DNA of 64,000 nucleotides from positions 22,832,628 to 22,896,627 of the forward strand of contig OZ037767.1 of the NCBI GenBank assembly GCA_964035545.1, read 5' to 3'. Both the position numbers and the translations under genes were made by a program. The notes under the pieces were generated by a model, which was not told the DNA's origin, made no database searches, and worked only from the letters and a program-made list of their open reading frames with translations. This DNA is from Bugula neritina (lineage: Eukaryota > Animalia > Bryozoa). The stretch's first letter is position 1. Each line of letters opens with the position of its first letter. This document shows, piece by piece, positions 62,801-64,000 of the stretch.

Positions 62801-64000
62801 TTCCAACTCATATATCTCCCTCTCTTTGCTATTCCTTTAAGCAGAGTATGATGTCTGCCTACAGATGTTTGTGAGTAGCTTGATGACTTCTGCATATGCG
62901 GTCACAGCGGAAGCATTTGAGGTCATCACTCGGTGTGTCTGTTGAGCTAAGCCTTTTTGCGGCCATCTCTAAGTTCGCCTCTGTGTCGCATTCTTTCTTC
63001 TTCAAAGATTTGCATGCCTTTATGAATCATAGATCTCCATTTGGTCCTCCTTGCGGCATTCCATTCCCAGGTCTCTGTTCTGATGTGAGAGCGCTTCATA
63101 CTGTCTTTGAGACAGTCTTTAAAGCGCTTCCTCTGTCCTCCTTGCAATCTTTTACCTATTTGTAGCTTCCCATAAAGGATCTGTTTAAAAAGTCTGTGTC
63201 CTTTCATTCTCACTACATATCCCGACCAACAAAATTTGTTCTTGATGATGAGGCTTTCAAGGCTTGAAATCTTTGTTTGTTGGTATACGCTCTTATTAGT
63301 GTGCTTGTCAGTCCATTTGATGTCCAGCATTCCTCGCAATTTCTTCATGTGATAATTTTCTAGCTTCTTTATGTCAGTACTGTAGGTAGCCCATGTCTCA
63401 GATGCATACAAAAGTGTTGGTATGATGACAGCATTGTACACTTTCAGCTTTGTGCTTACCTGCAGGTTAGAGTTGTCAAAGACTCTCTGCCTCAGCTTGC
63501 TGTAAGCAATACTAGCAGCTTGAAGCCGTCTGTCAATCTCTCTCTCCAGATCTGCCTTTGATGACAGGTTGCTTCCTAAGTACACAAAATCGTCAACAGG
63601 GCACAATGTTTCACCCCCTGTCACAAACTTGAGGAAACATCCAATCTTTCCAAGTATGGTCCAGAGGGATGTTCTGTCCACAGTTTCAAAAGCTTTTGTC
63701 AGATCGATGAAGGCCATGTACAGGTCCTGGTGCTGTTCTCTACAATTCTTCTGAATCTGCCTTGCAGCAAAGATCATATCCACTGTGCCTCTACCTGGTC
63801 GGAAGCCGCACTGAGATTCGGGGGGAATGTCTTCTGCTATGTGTGAAAGTCTTATACATAGAATCTTGGCTAAGATTTTACCAGCTATATAAAGAAATAA
63901 CAATAGTTGCATGAAATTAAATTTTATTTTGAGGATGAAAAAGGATATATGTTAATAACTTAATTTGAATATTTATTTTTTAGGATTAACAAAGGAAGAG
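56835..64000 (+). CDS. Cytochrome P450, clan 3 (CYP3A-like), 5' exons (gene continues beyond right edge)
   Basis: Exons 56835-56905, 57181-57280, 59023-59078, 60232-60445, 61133-61221, 61419-61594, 62026-62156, 62441-62546, 63984->64000, phases consistent. N-terminal anchor MLLCGLEIPLWVLLICIVCPLLYW, FKKMGVP..P..IPYVGN, IKEFASFTNKR, C-helix WKHVRSTITPTFTSGKLK, FTMDVIASTAFGVD, RNDFL, GLTKEE (start of I-helix). Possible 5'UTR exon ending at 54755. Confidence 0.92.
57324..58630 (-). mobile_element. Internally deleted Academ-type DNA transposon in CYP intron
   Basis: TIRs TAATCTAGAAATAACCTCC / GGAGGTTACTTCTAGACTA (17/19 match), TTT 3-bp TSD. Minus-strand decayed peptide IGCDLTSAFYAKG (XPG/H3TH-like) ... 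LSSTKDELNLHIKKANYQATQW...GW...W...CSCKISC...CPDVCQCKVC (Cys-rich finger) plus acidic tail, with in-frame stops. Confidence 0.75.
60468..60665 (+). mobile_element. Decayed tRNA-derived SINE
   Basis: A-box-like TAGTGGTTAGAG, B-box-like GGTTTGAGTTC, then GTGATGTTAGAAAGAGCATCTA, shared with the copy at 61.8 kb. Confidence 0.5.
61790..61910 (+). mobile_element. Second decayed copy of the same tRNA-derived SINE
   Basis: CAGTGGTTACAGC...GGTTTGAATTC...AGTGATGACCACAAGAGCATCTA. Confidence 0.45.
62812..63890 (-). mobile_element. 5'-truncated RTE-clade LINE with in-frame deletion of RT core, antisense in CYP intron
   Basis: ORF 63912-62947: IAGKILAKIL, PESQCGFRPGRGTVDMIF, LYMAFIDLTKAFETVDR, FVYLGS, TKLKVYNAVIIPTLLYASETW, WSGYVVRM...GGQRKRFKD. 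Lacks the QG..LSP and YADD motifs; remnant CxxC finger (KCFRCDRICRSH) after the stop. Confidence 0.93.

Overview
AT-rich, intron-rich animal (probably invertebrate) nuclear DNA; the species cannot be determined from sequence alone. I assembled exons by hand using GT-AG boundaries and reading-phase continuity, and named proteins by comparison with remembered reference sequences, not database searches. Six protein-coding genes result. (1) 5' part of SCAP (minus; runs off the left edge). (2) A divergent CPTP/GLTP-fold lipid transfer protein (plus). (3) Complete macoilin/MACO1 (minus, 15 coding exons, ~716 aa), head-to-head with (4) complete CCT8 (plus, 13 exons, 546 aa). (5) A hairy/HES bHLH-WRPW repressor with no recognisable Orange domain (plus). 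(6) 5' part of a clan-3 (CYP3A-like) cytochrome P450 (plus; runs off the right edge). Mobile DNA includes RTE-LINE fragments, an internally deleted Academ-type transposon with TIRs and TSD, several MITEs and decayed tRNA-type SINEs. Highlights: an intact sense-strand type I hammerhead ribozyme inside the CPTP-like gene; intronic minisatellites in SCAP, MACO1 and CCT8 built from splice signals (repeated exon-end+donor, GT...AG mini-units, TACTAAC branchpoint+AG, and U1 5'-end mimics); and substitution of the ceramide-1-phosphate recognition residues in the CPTP-like protein. Most short ORFs in the supplied track are intronic, antisense or repeat artefacts.
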